Shown here: piece by piece, positions 50,401 to 61,888 of the stretch
Layout of the letters: each line of letters starts with the position of its first letter
Position numbering within the stretch: the first letter of the stretch is position 1
From: Psammoneis japonica
Taxonomy: Eukaryota
Direction of reading: 5' to 3'
Assembly (NCBI GenBank): GCA_008632985.1
Contig: QPGO01000003.1
Location: 496,001 to 560,000 of the forward strand
Length of the DNA: 64,000 nucleotides
Translations under genes and position numbers: made by a program
Notes under the pieces: model-generated
The model's database searches: none
What the model was told of the DNA's origin: nothing
The model's input: the letters and a program-made list of their open reading frames with translations, nothing else

Positions 50401-52174
50401 CCTCTGCTGCTGCTGGCCATCGATGCTTGGCATGCGTGAGTTGTGTGCGAGCTGAATCTTGAAGGTCGCGGATTCTTTTCTCGCAGATGCCGTTTTGAAA
50501 GTGTGCGTTGACTCCACAGAAGGACATTGTTTGGTTTGCATCCTTTGCTGCCTCAAGGTGTGCATTGTCTGCGAAACGGCCATTGTCGGCATGGTGGTGA
50601 CGAATGTGAACTCCGAGTGATCGGGAGCATGCTTCAAATGTGCGCTTTGCTGCTGCCATCTCAGTTCCAGTCAAGGTTGTTTGTAAACAGACAAAAGAGA
50701 AGTCACTGCAGTGGTCAACGAATGCAGCAGCATGTCTGTGGCGTTTTGTTGTTGCCCAGCCTTTCAATTGGCCCATTGGACCTGGTGTTGTCGCGTCGAG
50801 TTGATCCACCAACACGCACTGACCGGGCTCAGTGGCTTTGAATGTTTTGTTTTGTTTGTTGTCCCCTTTGACTTTCCAAGGTGCTTTTGTCGCTTTTCCA
50901 AATCGACAGGCAGCACATTGAGGGATGTGGCACGTTGACAGACGATGAGGTGGGTCTCCATTGCGAGCCACAGCTTGCATGCGCGAAAATGGGAGATGAC
51001 CGAGTCGACAGTGCCAAAGTAATGACTCGTGAGACGGATTCGCAGGTGTGATGATTTCTTCATTTTCGACAAATTGTTCACCCTCTGAACCATCCTCTGA
51101 TGGGTTGAATTCGACTGTGTTCGGGTTGGACGGAGGTGTTGATTGATCCGCATGGATGGCTTCCTCGTTCGGGCTGGTTGTGTCGTTGGGCACTTCGTCA
51201 GCCGGAATGTGAGTCGGAACAGTTGGTTGCTTGGCATGATCTGAGACCCCGTCGGGCGGAGGAGCATGATTGTGAGCAACAGCAGCGTCGGGTGCATCGT
51301 CATCGGGCGGAATGAGGTGTGCTCGGAATGCACAAAAATTTTCGTCACGACGACAGTCGCATGTTTCGCATGACGCCTGAAGGGACGTAAAAGAAGGGGC
51401 GGAGCGAAAGACACCGACATTGCTTGTGTTGAGGGGGACCGACCGCGTGCATTTTCGGTCCATGCACTCTAAAATCATGCGGTTGCTCGTGGTTGTAGCA
51501 CGAGTCCCTTCTGGGGTGCGCTCTTGTGGCTTGAGAGCTTGAGCCAGGTGTTGCGGAGACAGGAGCCAAATCGGAAGGTCGGGCACACAGTAGACGCCGG
51601 GTGTGTTCAAGTCATGTGTGCGTCCAAGGTTGTCTTGGATGGGCCAACATGCAGTTCCTTTGCACGAGGTTGATGCATTGCCGGGTGTGCCCTTGACGTT
51701 GACATTGACCTTTGTTGGTGTCCGGATGAAGTCTGACATTGAGTTGGTTAGACAGCAGGAGGCGTGGTCATCGATGCCAATGAGGAATGAGTTGGCATCG
51801 CAGCTGTGGTCATTGTGGGTTGAGTGTCGTTCCGCATCGGTGGTGGAGGAACATCCGACAACTGGTTCATGGGTCACGTGGACCTCGACGACCTTGTGCA
51901 TGACACATGCGCCACGTTTGCATCGGACATGTCGTCGGCGGCAAGCAGAGCCTCGCTTGCACCGACTTTGAGGTCTTCGGACTCTGGGCTTGGGATTTAT
52001 GTTGAAGTGGAAGGGCTTGGCTAAGTCAGATGAGGAGCACAACAGATCACATGCACTGCCAATCACGTTGGCTGCGATGGGAATTACTTTCATCAGAATG
52101 GTGTCCACAATTTCATCGGTGCAAGCCAGGATCGCGAATGGTGCAACAAGCAGTGCAGCACAGATCATCTCCAA
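47499..52174 (-). pseudogene. copia pol (protease, integrase, RT, RNase H), broken by stops/frameshifts and a TRIM insertion
   Basis: IGIDDHASCC (PR); WHCRLGHLPF...CAACRFGK, HHHADNGRF, QNGICEKRIRDL (INT); QVDFVLACPQA, LVCTDDC (RT); CMDADF, SESECLALS, RTRHVN (RH). Confidence 0.93.
48327..48774 (+). mobile_element. TRIM-like element, copy C, nested in the copia RT
   Basis: 110-bp repeats 48327-48436 and 48665-48774; 4-bp TSD CAAG. Removing the element plus one TSD restores the host frame ...LIDLGL-VNEDGTPKKVVTTRELPA. Confidence 0.95.
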
Positions 52175-52189
52175 ACCTGACCGCCACCT

Positions 52190-53512
52190 TCATTCGCCTT
52201 GGGCCTGTCCAGTCACGTCGTTGACACCGACATTCGCCATGGAAGCGGTGAGAGCATCGGACGTTGGCTGGTTTGGGTTGCCGGAGTTCCGGTTGTCTGC
52301 TTTCTGTTTGGCATGACAGCCCTTGCTCAAGTGCTGTCCCCAGCACTTGTGGAAGTCGCAACACTTCCATTCTTCTCCCTCAAAGGTCTTCACTTTGGGT
52401 TCTCCGGGCTGAGGTTCGACGCCGCGCCAAGTCCATTTTCCTTCAAATTTCAGTTTTTCGCCTTTCTTGCGTTTGGTGGCGTTTGAGGACTTCTTGGCCT
52501 GGCTGGCGTTGGAAGGTTTCTGGCCCGATGACCGTTGGGGTGACCTGCGTGAGCGTTGGTTCCGGAGGTCGTTCACTTTGGCGTGAAGAGCGATGATTTG
52601 CGCTTGTTCCTCGGTTGGTTCGTTCCACTTTTCGTTGAGGACAAGGGCTTGGTGCTTCTTCTCGGCGCGAATCATGAGCTGCTCATGGGTGATGTCGACT
52701 CCATCGTCGCAGTCGTCGTTGATTTTCTCCATGCACTTGGTGAAATTCTTGTCCGTGCATGCTGCATGTCCCTTGAACAGGTTCGTGATGAGATCGTTGG
52801 ACGTCTCTCCTCGGCTTGACAGGGATTTGATCCGGTCCCTCACATGCTCGTTAAATGCCTTGATGTTGTGGTTGGCTGTGTCAACCATGTGCTTGTCCAA
52901 GGATGCCAGCTCGGAACAGATGTGGGAGGCTGCAGCGCGAGTGTCGATCTCGGCCTTCGAGAGTGGAATTTTGAGGTGCAACACCCCGCAATCCGTGTCT
53001 CCGATGCGACATTGCTCAGATTCATTGGCCACAACTTGCTTGGCAGCTTCATCCACCAAGTTGTGAAGGCACAGGCATGGCTGGCAGTTGTTCTGGGTCT
53101 CGCGATTCTGCCCGTTTGTGCAGGCAGCGGACACCGTGCAGATCTGTTCCGGTGTGATGTTTCCGTGGGATGTGAGCATGTTCCGGTTCTCAGCGGCGGT
53201 GCCAGCTGCTCCCTCATTGACGTTAATCGTGAGGATGTCGTTCCAACCAAAAGCTTCAGACCTTGTACGAAGTTCATCGAGCAATGCGCGGATGTTGGGC
53301 TTCTGGGTGTTGAACGTGGTCGGTGGAGGTTCAGTGGATGTCTTGAATGCGTCGGCATCGCCTCGGCGACTGCAGTCAAGTGGTGCATCATGGGCTAAGG
53401 CTGGTGAGCGAGCGAAGTTGCCAGCTGGAGGGTTGTTCTGGGCGTCGACAAGAGGTTGGATGGCAGCCGGAATGGCTGCAGCAATCGCGGCTGCGATCTG
53501 CCCGGCGTTCAT
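52190..53512 (-). CDS. copia gag
   Basis: 440-aa ORF FARSPALA...FGWNDIL...LFKGH..CTDKNF...WKCCDFHKCWGQH (CCHC-like), located between the 5' LTR and pol; it contains no Tyr. Confidence 0.88.
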   Translation of the reverse strand: MNAGQIAAAIAAAIPAAIQPLVDAQNNPPAGNFARSPALAHDAPLDCSRRGDADAFKTSTEPPPTTFNTQKPNIRALLDELRTRSEAFGWNDILTINVNEGAAGTAAENRNMLTSHGNITPEQICTVSAACTNGQNRETQNNCQPCLCLHNLVDEAAKQVVANESEQCRIGDTDCGVLHLKIPLSKAEIDTRAAASHICSELASLDKHMVDTANHNIKAFNEHVRDRIKSLSSRGETSNDLITNLFKGHAACTDKNFTKCMEKINDDCDDGVDITHEQLMIRAEKKHQALVLNEKWNEPTEEQAQIIALHAKVNDLRNQRSRRSPQRSSGQKPSNASQAKKSSNATKRKKGEKLKFEGKWTWRGVEPQPGEPKVKTFEGEEWKCCDFHKCWGQHLSKGCHAKQKADNRNSGNPNQPTSDALTASMANVGVNDVTGQAQGE

Positions 53513-53584
53513 GATGTCGTCGTTTCGGCATCCACGACGTTGGGCTCTGGTTTCTGCAACAATTTTGAACTAAGTCAGTCTCTA

Positions 53585-53600
53585 TGGCGCAGAGGAAGCG
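53585..53600 (-). other. Primer-binding site complementary to the D-arm of initiator tRNA-Met
   Basis: The + strand TGGCGCAGAGGAAGCG abuts the LTR and matches the conserved tRNAi-Met segment TGGCGCAGCGGAAGCG at 15/16 positions. Confidence 0.65.
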
Positions 53601-54002
53601 TGTGGGTGTGCGGTAGTTTACGCCGTAGAGATAGAAATAGTAACAACAGGCAACTTGGGAGGTGCGAATTGACCAGTCGCTAAATTGTGAGAACAAAAAC
53701 TGCTCTGCTCGACAACCAACAAGAATTTGTAAAGAACGAGAAGTGACTCATATTTGTGCCGAACTCAACACAGATGAACGTAGTGAACAGACTTAGCAGG
53801 AACGAGAAGTTCTTGATTGCATATAAGAAAAGAAGAAGTGAGGCTCAGTTCTCGATTTGAACCCAAGACCTCCGACCTCATTCGTTTCTCGAGCTGTGAT
53901 TGGGTGAGTCGTTGATGGTGGTTGATGGCGGTTTCTGAGCGGTCATTGTCACACGTAGGACTTGATGGTATACTGATACATGAATATATGTATATTCTCA
54001 CA
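53601..54002 (-). repeat. 5' LTR
   Basis: Partner of 47070-47471; retains most TpA sites. Confidence 0.95.
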
Positions 54003-54735
54003 TGCATGTAAAAAGATTTTGAATCTGAGATGGTCTCAAAAAGTTGCTAGCTAGTCTTGTTTTCAGCCCTGAACACTTCACATATATAAACTCCGCGGCA
54101 AGATGTCACGGTCGACCGCTTTTGCTAGGATCGGCCTGTCAAGCAATATAGAAGCATGTCGTGATAATGCTGTGACCACGGCCATAAACCAAAATGCTAT
54201 TTCTAACACGCGACAAATTGCGTGCTGGTTGAATCATTTCATCAACATGTACAATGGAAAAGATCTTGGAAGGTTTCTTGCACTAATAGAGAGCTAATTG
54301 CTTTTCTTTTCTTTGACAGGAACAGCACTCAGAATTCGTATCGATTTCGTGCGTGTCCGGACAAATAGCTACTCAGTAGCAAATACATTCCCAGGAGCGG
54401 CGGTCAATGCAGAAATGAGACCGCGGCAAGAAAGCGATAAGCATAGTCCCTCATCATGCGATGATGTCATCAAATTGAACACAGACACAAAAAGCGGAAA
54501 CTAGTTTATATCATTTTGAAATACAATAGAATCACTGGCGTGGCTTGCTGCGTTCGCAAATGCAATGACAACGCTGCAGGTATACGCTGCTCGCCAGAAA
54601 TATACTTGATGATTCGGTCGTACTGAGAAAGTAAAGTATTACAAAGCTTGTAGCTCTGCCGATTTTTCTGAAACGGCTGATAGAACAGAGAAAAACACCT
54701 TGGCACCTTCCAAAAGGTGCGTCGTGCCTGAGGCA

Positions 54736-57168
54736 TCAGAAACGCCAGTCCCAGTCGACAGAGTTCGCCTTCGAGCGGCTAGCCTTTTTGGCCTTCGCGA
54801 TGCCAACTTGAACAGCTTCCTCCAATTCTTCCCGGTGCTTTGCGTTCGTAGTTTCACGGAGCGGCGTTGCGCGATGACAAATTCCCTTCCTTTGCTCATA
54901 CTTGCACGGTACATTGCCCGGCACATCTTTTGTTCCACTGACATCATGGTACCAAAAACGATGGACTTTGTCCTCTCGACCGGTTCGAAACTGATTCACG
55001 TCTCTATTTTGATGACTTTCCGTCAAAAGCACTGGCCGCGAATCCAAAATTATCTCATCCTGGTCGAATGTATTCACAACGCTTGTCTGTTGCGCTTCGT
55101 GCCCCGTCACCTTCTCAGCCGGTGCCGACCGCGCTTCCATCATCGCTAGTAATTCATCTTCAGTCCACCGCGTTTCTCCAGAAGTCTGAACTTTCTCCGC
55201 GTCAGCGCTATCGTCTACTACTACATTCTGAGTGCCCCTGGCACATTTCTTGACTTGCTTCTGACTAGCGACGCAAACCTTGTCGAGAGCCGCACGTTGG
55301 CAACAACATGCATTCACCAAATGGTGCTTTCTCTTTTTCAGAGGTACTCTTTGGTCGATATTTGTCCATCGTGGTTCGATCTCTTCGGATTCCACGGCTC
55401 CCAAGGCGCCGTCGACCACGGTTGCCTCTGATTGAATGAGTACAGCGCCCCAAGCAGTGTTGATGTCGCCATCTCTAACAGCTGCTACAGATGTGGGTAA
55501 GAATCGACTATCTGAGCCATCAGAATGAGCCGTCAACAAAGAGTCGACATCGGCTTCAGTTTGAGCATTCCGTAGCAGGCTTCTCCGAACACAATTCCAA
55601 TGATTTCTGGCTTGTCTCTCCGATCTATTGGGAAGCCGGCCGGCGATCGCGACCCAATTATCACCCAACTCCTCTTGGGCCTCAAACAAATATTTAGTTT
55701 CTTCGCCGGTCCATGGTGCAATCGACAAGGATGGAAGTTGGGCGATGCCAGGAAATTGCATCCCGCTTTCCGTGTTTTCCTCGGGTGTACTATCGCCTAA
55801 ATGTACGGTCTCGATACCTTGAACTGGCGCAACGTCCGAAGCAGTCTTGCTACTATCTCCAACATCCGCTGATGCATCGGCACTGCCAACGGACCCCGAT
55901 TGATCCGTCCACGATGCAACGGCATTCGCTTTAGTGTGAGCGTTCCTCGGCATGGTTCTTTGAAGACATTTCCAACGATGTCTGACTTGGCGTTTCGATC
56001 TTCCCGGCAAATGCTTGGCAATTAGGGTCCACTTCTTTCCTAGCTTCTTCTTTTTCCGAATGAGAATCCTGTCTTCCTCTTGCGTCCACGGGCTTTTCGT
56101 CAACGACGGATCCAAGACGCCTTCCCATCGCTCCCGTAAGCGTGCAGGCCGTCTCCCAGGAAGAAGCTCGGAAATGTCTTTGAATTGCATGCCTTGTGCG
56201 ACCGCCTTCACGAGCGTCTCGTCCTCCTCGATTGTAAAAGGGCCATTCTTTATACCGGGTTTGAGGTGCTAGATATGAATGACGGACAAAAAAGATCAGT
56301 GAGACGAGAACACGCAATAATTTCGTTACAACGCCCAGGAAAATAGATTCACCTCATACCACCGGGTCTGGCATTGAGAGGTTGTACGCAGACCCTTGAA
56401 ATGTTTTTCGGATATTACTTTCCAACTACGCGTCCCTTCTGCTGCCACCGCATCGCGGAGAAGTTTGTCTTCCGATTGCGACCAGAGCACTCCTGCATTG
56501 ATAGCGCCTTCTTTCTCGGCCTCACCAACGCTTCTCCTTAGTTTCTATTGATGGATCATCACGGGGTAATGAAGAGTGAGAGTACGAGGGAGACACGACG
56601 GAAAACAAACGAGCCGAAGTATCACTTACATCACTCCATCGCTTCCGGCATTGCTCTCCATTACGCACACCAGCAAAACATTTCTCGGCGATAATTTCCC
56701 ATTCTTCACCTTCCATTGCCACGGCGTTTCGAAGTAATGTGTCTTCCTTGTCGGTCCAATTCTTGGCACGGGTACGAGAAACCGTGAGCGATTCTGTTTC
56801 CTCGAATTCAGAGTCTGAGTTGTCCTCGTAAACGACTGTTGTTGTGCACTGTATCGCACAATTGTTACCAAGACAAAAGGAATCACATTAGGAGGACATG
56901 GGTGTGAAACGGAGCATCACGTAGAAAACGAAACGAAACACGATGGAATCCTGGAGCATCGACCAAAGCAACTCACCTTCCGCTTCAGACGCTCACGCCC
57001 TGGTACCTCACTGTTTCTATTTGCGCCCAACGTATTTGACATGGCGTTTGTCACCGCCAATGATGTGCTCGCCGCGCCATTGCTCCACCCGGGACTGATT
57101 TCGAGGCCGGTCAAAGATGCGTCGTCCGTGTTGTTGCGCAACGATTCTCGAGGTAGCGTTCCGCTCAT
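54736..57168 (-). CDS. Multi-repeat MYB/SANT protein, paralogue 1 (several introns; boundaries approximate)
   Basis: Repeats such as WEIIAEKCFAGVRNGEQCRKRW, LLPGRRPARLRERW, WTQEEDRIL...KWTLIAKHLPGRSKRQVRHRW and WTGEETKYL...NWVAIAGRLPNRSERQARNHW; GT donors at 56976 and 56629. Confidence 0.8.
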
Positions 57169-58949
57169 TGTCGCTGTCGTCAATTGCTCTACAGTAATAC
57201 AGGGAGCATCTGCCACTCTCAAAAGGACTCACTCCAATGCTCTTTGTCAATCCACCTGCGAGATCTGAGCGTTGCGTTGTCTCAAGCTGGAAGCGCTCCG
57301 TTCAAACAGATTCAAACCGTTGGCACGCATGGAATCGTCGGTAGAAATCCACGTGCAACACCAGCAGCAGTAGAATCTGTACCAGCCGCTACAGCATCCG
57401 CGCCCGCAAATGTCGACGCTGTTCTTCCCCAACCCGCCTTACTAAAAGTTGCAAATGGTTTCAGTTCCTCTTACTTTCTGTGTCTGCTCCAATGCAAGAC
57501 CTTTCTTGTAACGAGAATCGCAACCCAGTCTTCAGCGCGCATTGCGGCTGTGAACAATCCCATCGTTTGCGGCAGCAATTGTTGATCAAAATGGTTCCGC
57601 TTCTGTCTTCGTCACAATTCCGTCTCGCAGCGATTGATGCTTGCGCACCAACTAAATCCGTGAGAGTTGATGGCCAAGCTTCCCGCGGACAAGCACCATT
57701 CAAATACAATCATCGACATTTTTTTCCATCAGTTCACAGCTCCACAAGAATCATTTCTTCACTTGCAGGGGCTTGCAGAAACATGTGCGCTTTTCATTCC
57801 CATCAATCTTAAAAATCCAATGTGTGCTTTGCATGCAATAAAACACATTTTGGACGATCCATGCTTTGCCTTGTTTATTCATGCTGGAATCGCGCGCTCT
57901 TTCTCTGCCTAGAACTCATCCTTATTTTCCCACATGCAATTTCAATCAACAAGTCGCGGTCTTGAATGAGCAGGGGGGCATCTTTGTCCCAATGTTGTTT
58001 TTGCTGAAGCATGTCCAATCGGAATAGCTTGCGCGAGATGCTGGAGAAGAATCGCATCACCTCGTTTGCCAATTTTTTCCAAAATCTCTTTACTCCCCTG
58101 TCGCATCGCTTGAGAGCGTGAAATCCAGTCCATGAATGGAACTGAATTGTCGGATTATGTTCTTTATTCTTTCATCGCATGTAGAGGCCTGCTAGCTCGA
58201 ACCAAAGAACGACGGTGACGGATAAAACCACACAACAATAAATCATCGATCATCGCAGAGTTGGAGTTTCATCAAGTTTCAAGTTGCAAAAATCAAATCT
58301 TGATTGATGATTTACTTCATCATCATGCGTGCGTCCAGGCCAGGCAGCGCGCAGCAGGCTCACAGTTTTCGTAAGAGCACAAAGCACTGAGTGGGATAGC
58401 TCATGATTTACCGGAACCCGCCTTTCTCTCTCTTTCCTACTCTCTAGCTAGAGTAGGGCCCTCTAGCTACTGCTACTCTAGAGCTACTCTACTACAGTAG
58501 AGAGTAGACTATTCTTCACTCCCAAACGGGAAAACTCCAAAACTGACCAAAAGAAGATCTGGACAAATGATTGGATGACAGGGAGGCTGCTCTCTAGAGG
58601 GTCTGGCGAGTTCAGGTTTCCCGTTGATGGGGTCATAAAAAAAAAGTACAAGTGAGAAGCTGGCAAGTGGCAAGCAAGACCAACAAGCATCACCGCATCA
58701 CGCAACATTGTCATCAAAGTCAAACACACGAGAGACGAGTGGGGTGCAATTTTTTCTAGAATGTGGGTTCAATGCTGCGGATGGCTGCGGTCGCCAATCC
58801 AACTGCGCTTTGTGGGTGTAAGCAGCACAAGCTGGAAATCTTTGAAACCGTTTGTAAGTGAGAAAATGAATTGTTGCATGTAGCGAGAAAGCTTGAAGAA
58901 CATTTTGGAAAGGTTGACAATGAAATCTTGAGCCCCTTCCTCCAAAGGG

Positions 58950-61888
58950 TCACCAGAAGCACAAGTCCCAGTCAACTGAGTTCGCATCCAGGGAGACAGG
59001 TTGCTTGGCATTGCTGGCACCGAGCGGGCGCATTAGCAATTTCATGGAGCGCGGGTACGCTGCCACAATTCTCCGTCCTTTGCGCATCTGGCGAAACTCC
59101 CAACATGTCTGTGGTGCCGTTGACAACATGGCGCCAACAGCCCCGGTTCTCCTCTTGACTGTTTGAAACTGGCTCACGTCTCTATTTTGATGGCTTGCCT
59201 TCAACAACGTTGGTCGTGATTCCAGAAGTGCTTGTAGTTCATCTTCGGTCCAAGGGACTTCCACCAAAGTCTGATCCTGTTCGAATGTGTTCACAACGCT
59301 TGTCTGTTGTGCTTGGGGCCCCGTCACCACCTCAGTCGGTGCCGGCCGCGCTGCCATCATCGTTCGTACTTCATCTTCAGTCCACGGCATTTCGCCCAAC
59401 GTCTGATCGAGATAGAACACATCTTGACCGCTAGAGCGCTGCGCTTCGGACCCTGTGATTTCCGAATCCTGGGAAACAACATCCAGCTCATGCAAATCGG
59501 CATCATCATCATCCAAGCATGCTCCTGCATGCAGGGGATTGACTTTTGCACGTTTCTCGACGTGCTTCTGACCATTGATGCAGAGCCTCTCGGCATGCGC
59601 ATGACAATGGACATCCGCATCCACCCAAAGTGCTTTCTCTTTTTCAGAGGAACTCTTCGATCGTTTTCCGTCCATCGTGGTCTTGTCTTCTGAAGATCTG
59701 TGGCTCTTGGGGCGCAGTCGATCTTTGCTGCCTCCTCCGATTCACCGCACCCAGCAACCCAGGAGGTGTTCATGTGGTTGTCGCTAGTCTCTTCCACCCA
59801 CTTGCTTTGCAGCAAGGCATCATCTGAGTCTTTAGTGCGGGCCGCCGACAAAGGATCCGTCCATGGCGATGTCGACAAGGATGGATTGAGCACGAGTGTA
59901 GTGCGCCCGCGCCCTTTTACTTGCTCGAGTTGTCGTCCAGGCTGCAGTTGAGCGATCTCACAAAATTGCATCCCGTCTTCCACAGCTTCGATCGTATCTT
60001 CCCGGGGTGTCCATTGTCGTTCTTCACGGCCGGTTTAAGATGCTAAAATTTACCCAAATTGAACTCGTACAAGTCAGCAGGCAGTTGAAAAAAGAACGAG
60101 AACGCCAAGGGCACACACAGCAGACAATCAATGCTTTACCTTCTGCCATCGGCTTTGGCACGAAAACGCAGTGCGCTCACCGTTAAAGTGCCTTTTTGAA
60201 ATCACTCCCCAATGATGTCGTTCAAAACCTTCCGCTTCAACCGCTCCACAAAGAATTGCGTCTTCAGACTTCGACCACCTCCGGTGACGAATTGGCAAGT
60301 GCGATTCTTTGTCCTCTGCATCTTTTGCATCTCCCCGCTCACGACATTGTGCACGCTGCCAAAAATTTATTGCTTGCGACACAGACCTTCCAGGCAACCG
60401 ATCAGCGACAGCATTCCAGTCCTCATGACCCAGTTCTTCGACAGCCTTGAAGAGAATGGCACTTTCCTTGTCCGTCCAACGGAGCCCTTTCCTTTCTCCA
60501 TTGCTCCTTTGCCGGTTTCTTCCTTGTCTTTTTTGCCGCCAACGGTTTTTGACATCGTTTGCCGACCTTCCCGGCAAATGCTTGGCAATCAAGGTCCACC
60601 GATTCCCCAACTTCTCTCGTTCCGTCATGAGAATTTTTTCTTCCTCTTGCGTCCAATTGCTTTTCTTCAACGACTGATTGCTTCTTTGTGTGCTGTTCCA
60701 ACGGTTTTTGACATCGTTTGCCGACCTTCCCGGTAGCTGCTTGACAATCAAGGTCCACCGATTCCCTGACTTCTCTCGTTCCATCATGAGAATTCTGTCT
60801 TCCTCTTGCGTCCAAGGGCTTTTCTTCAATGACGGATCCAAGATGCCTTCCCATCGCTCCTTTAAGCGTGTGGGCCGTCTCCCAGGAAGAAGCTGAGCAA
60901 TGTCTTTGAATTGCATGCCGTGTGCGATTGCCTTGACAAGCGTCTCATCCTCCTCGATTGTGAAAGGGCCACCATCTAGACCGGGTTGGAGGTGCTACAT
61001 TTGAATCACGGACATAAAAGATCAGTGAGACGAGAACATGCAATGACGACGTTACAGTGCACAAGAAAATAGATTCACCCATGCCACCGGGCCCTGCATT
61101 GAGACATTGTGCGCAGACCCTTGAAATGTCTTTCGGATGTTGCCTCCCAACTGCTCGTTCCTTCTGCCGCCACAGCATCGCGGAGAAGCTTGTCTTCCGA
61201 TTGTGACCAAAGCACCCTGCCATTGACATTTACTTCTTTGTCGGCCTCGCCAATGCATCTCTTTCGCTTCCAATTTCCAATCATCACGGGACAACGACGA
61301 GAGTGAGGGTGCGAGCCCGCTGCGACCGAAAGCAAAGGAGAAGAACTTTGCTCACAAAAATCCAATGCTGCCGGCATTGCTTTCCCGTGCGCACACCAGC
61401 AAAGCATTTCTCAGCGACAACTTCCCATTCTTCACCTTCCATCACAACGGCGTTTCGAAGCAGAGTGTCTTCCTCTATGGTCCAATTCTTGGCATGGCTC
61501 CGAAAAGTTGTGTGCGGTTCCGTTGCCGCAATTTCTTTGTCCGGGTTGTTCTCGCATGCGACTGTCTCTGTGCACTGCATTGCAAAATTTTACAAACAAA
61601 GGAATCTCGTGAGGAGACGGATGGAAAAGGAAGTGTCACGGTAGAAACGAACATGATGGAATCCTGCGAGACCTCTTGGCAAAGACAACTCACCGCTTTC
61701 TTTAGATGCTCACGGCCCGATTCGTCACTGCTTTGATTCGATTCCAACGTATTCGACATGTCACTTGTTGCCGCCAATGATGCGGTCGCTGCACCTTTGC
61801 TCCACCCGGGACTGAGAAAGAGGTCGGTCAAGGATGATGCTTCGTCGGTGTGAAGCAACAACGGGTCTGGGTCTTTTGTTTCACTCAT
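58950..61888 (-). CDS. Multi-repeat MYB/SANT protein, paralogue 2, with extra repeats; probably decaying
   Basis: ORFs 61284..61580, 61075..61407, 60128..60916 and 58950..59983 are homologous to paralogue 1 including introns; frame changes occur in the 3' part. Confidence 0.72.

Larger units (their letters stand above)
47070..54002 (-). mobile_element. Full-length Ty1/copia LTR retrotransposon, inactivated
   Basis: 402-bp LTRs 47070-47471 and 53601-54002 (TG...CA), 5-bp TSD TGCAT (47065-47069 and 54003-54007), PPT at 47472-47479, gag then PR-INT-RT-RH order. Confidence 0.97.
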
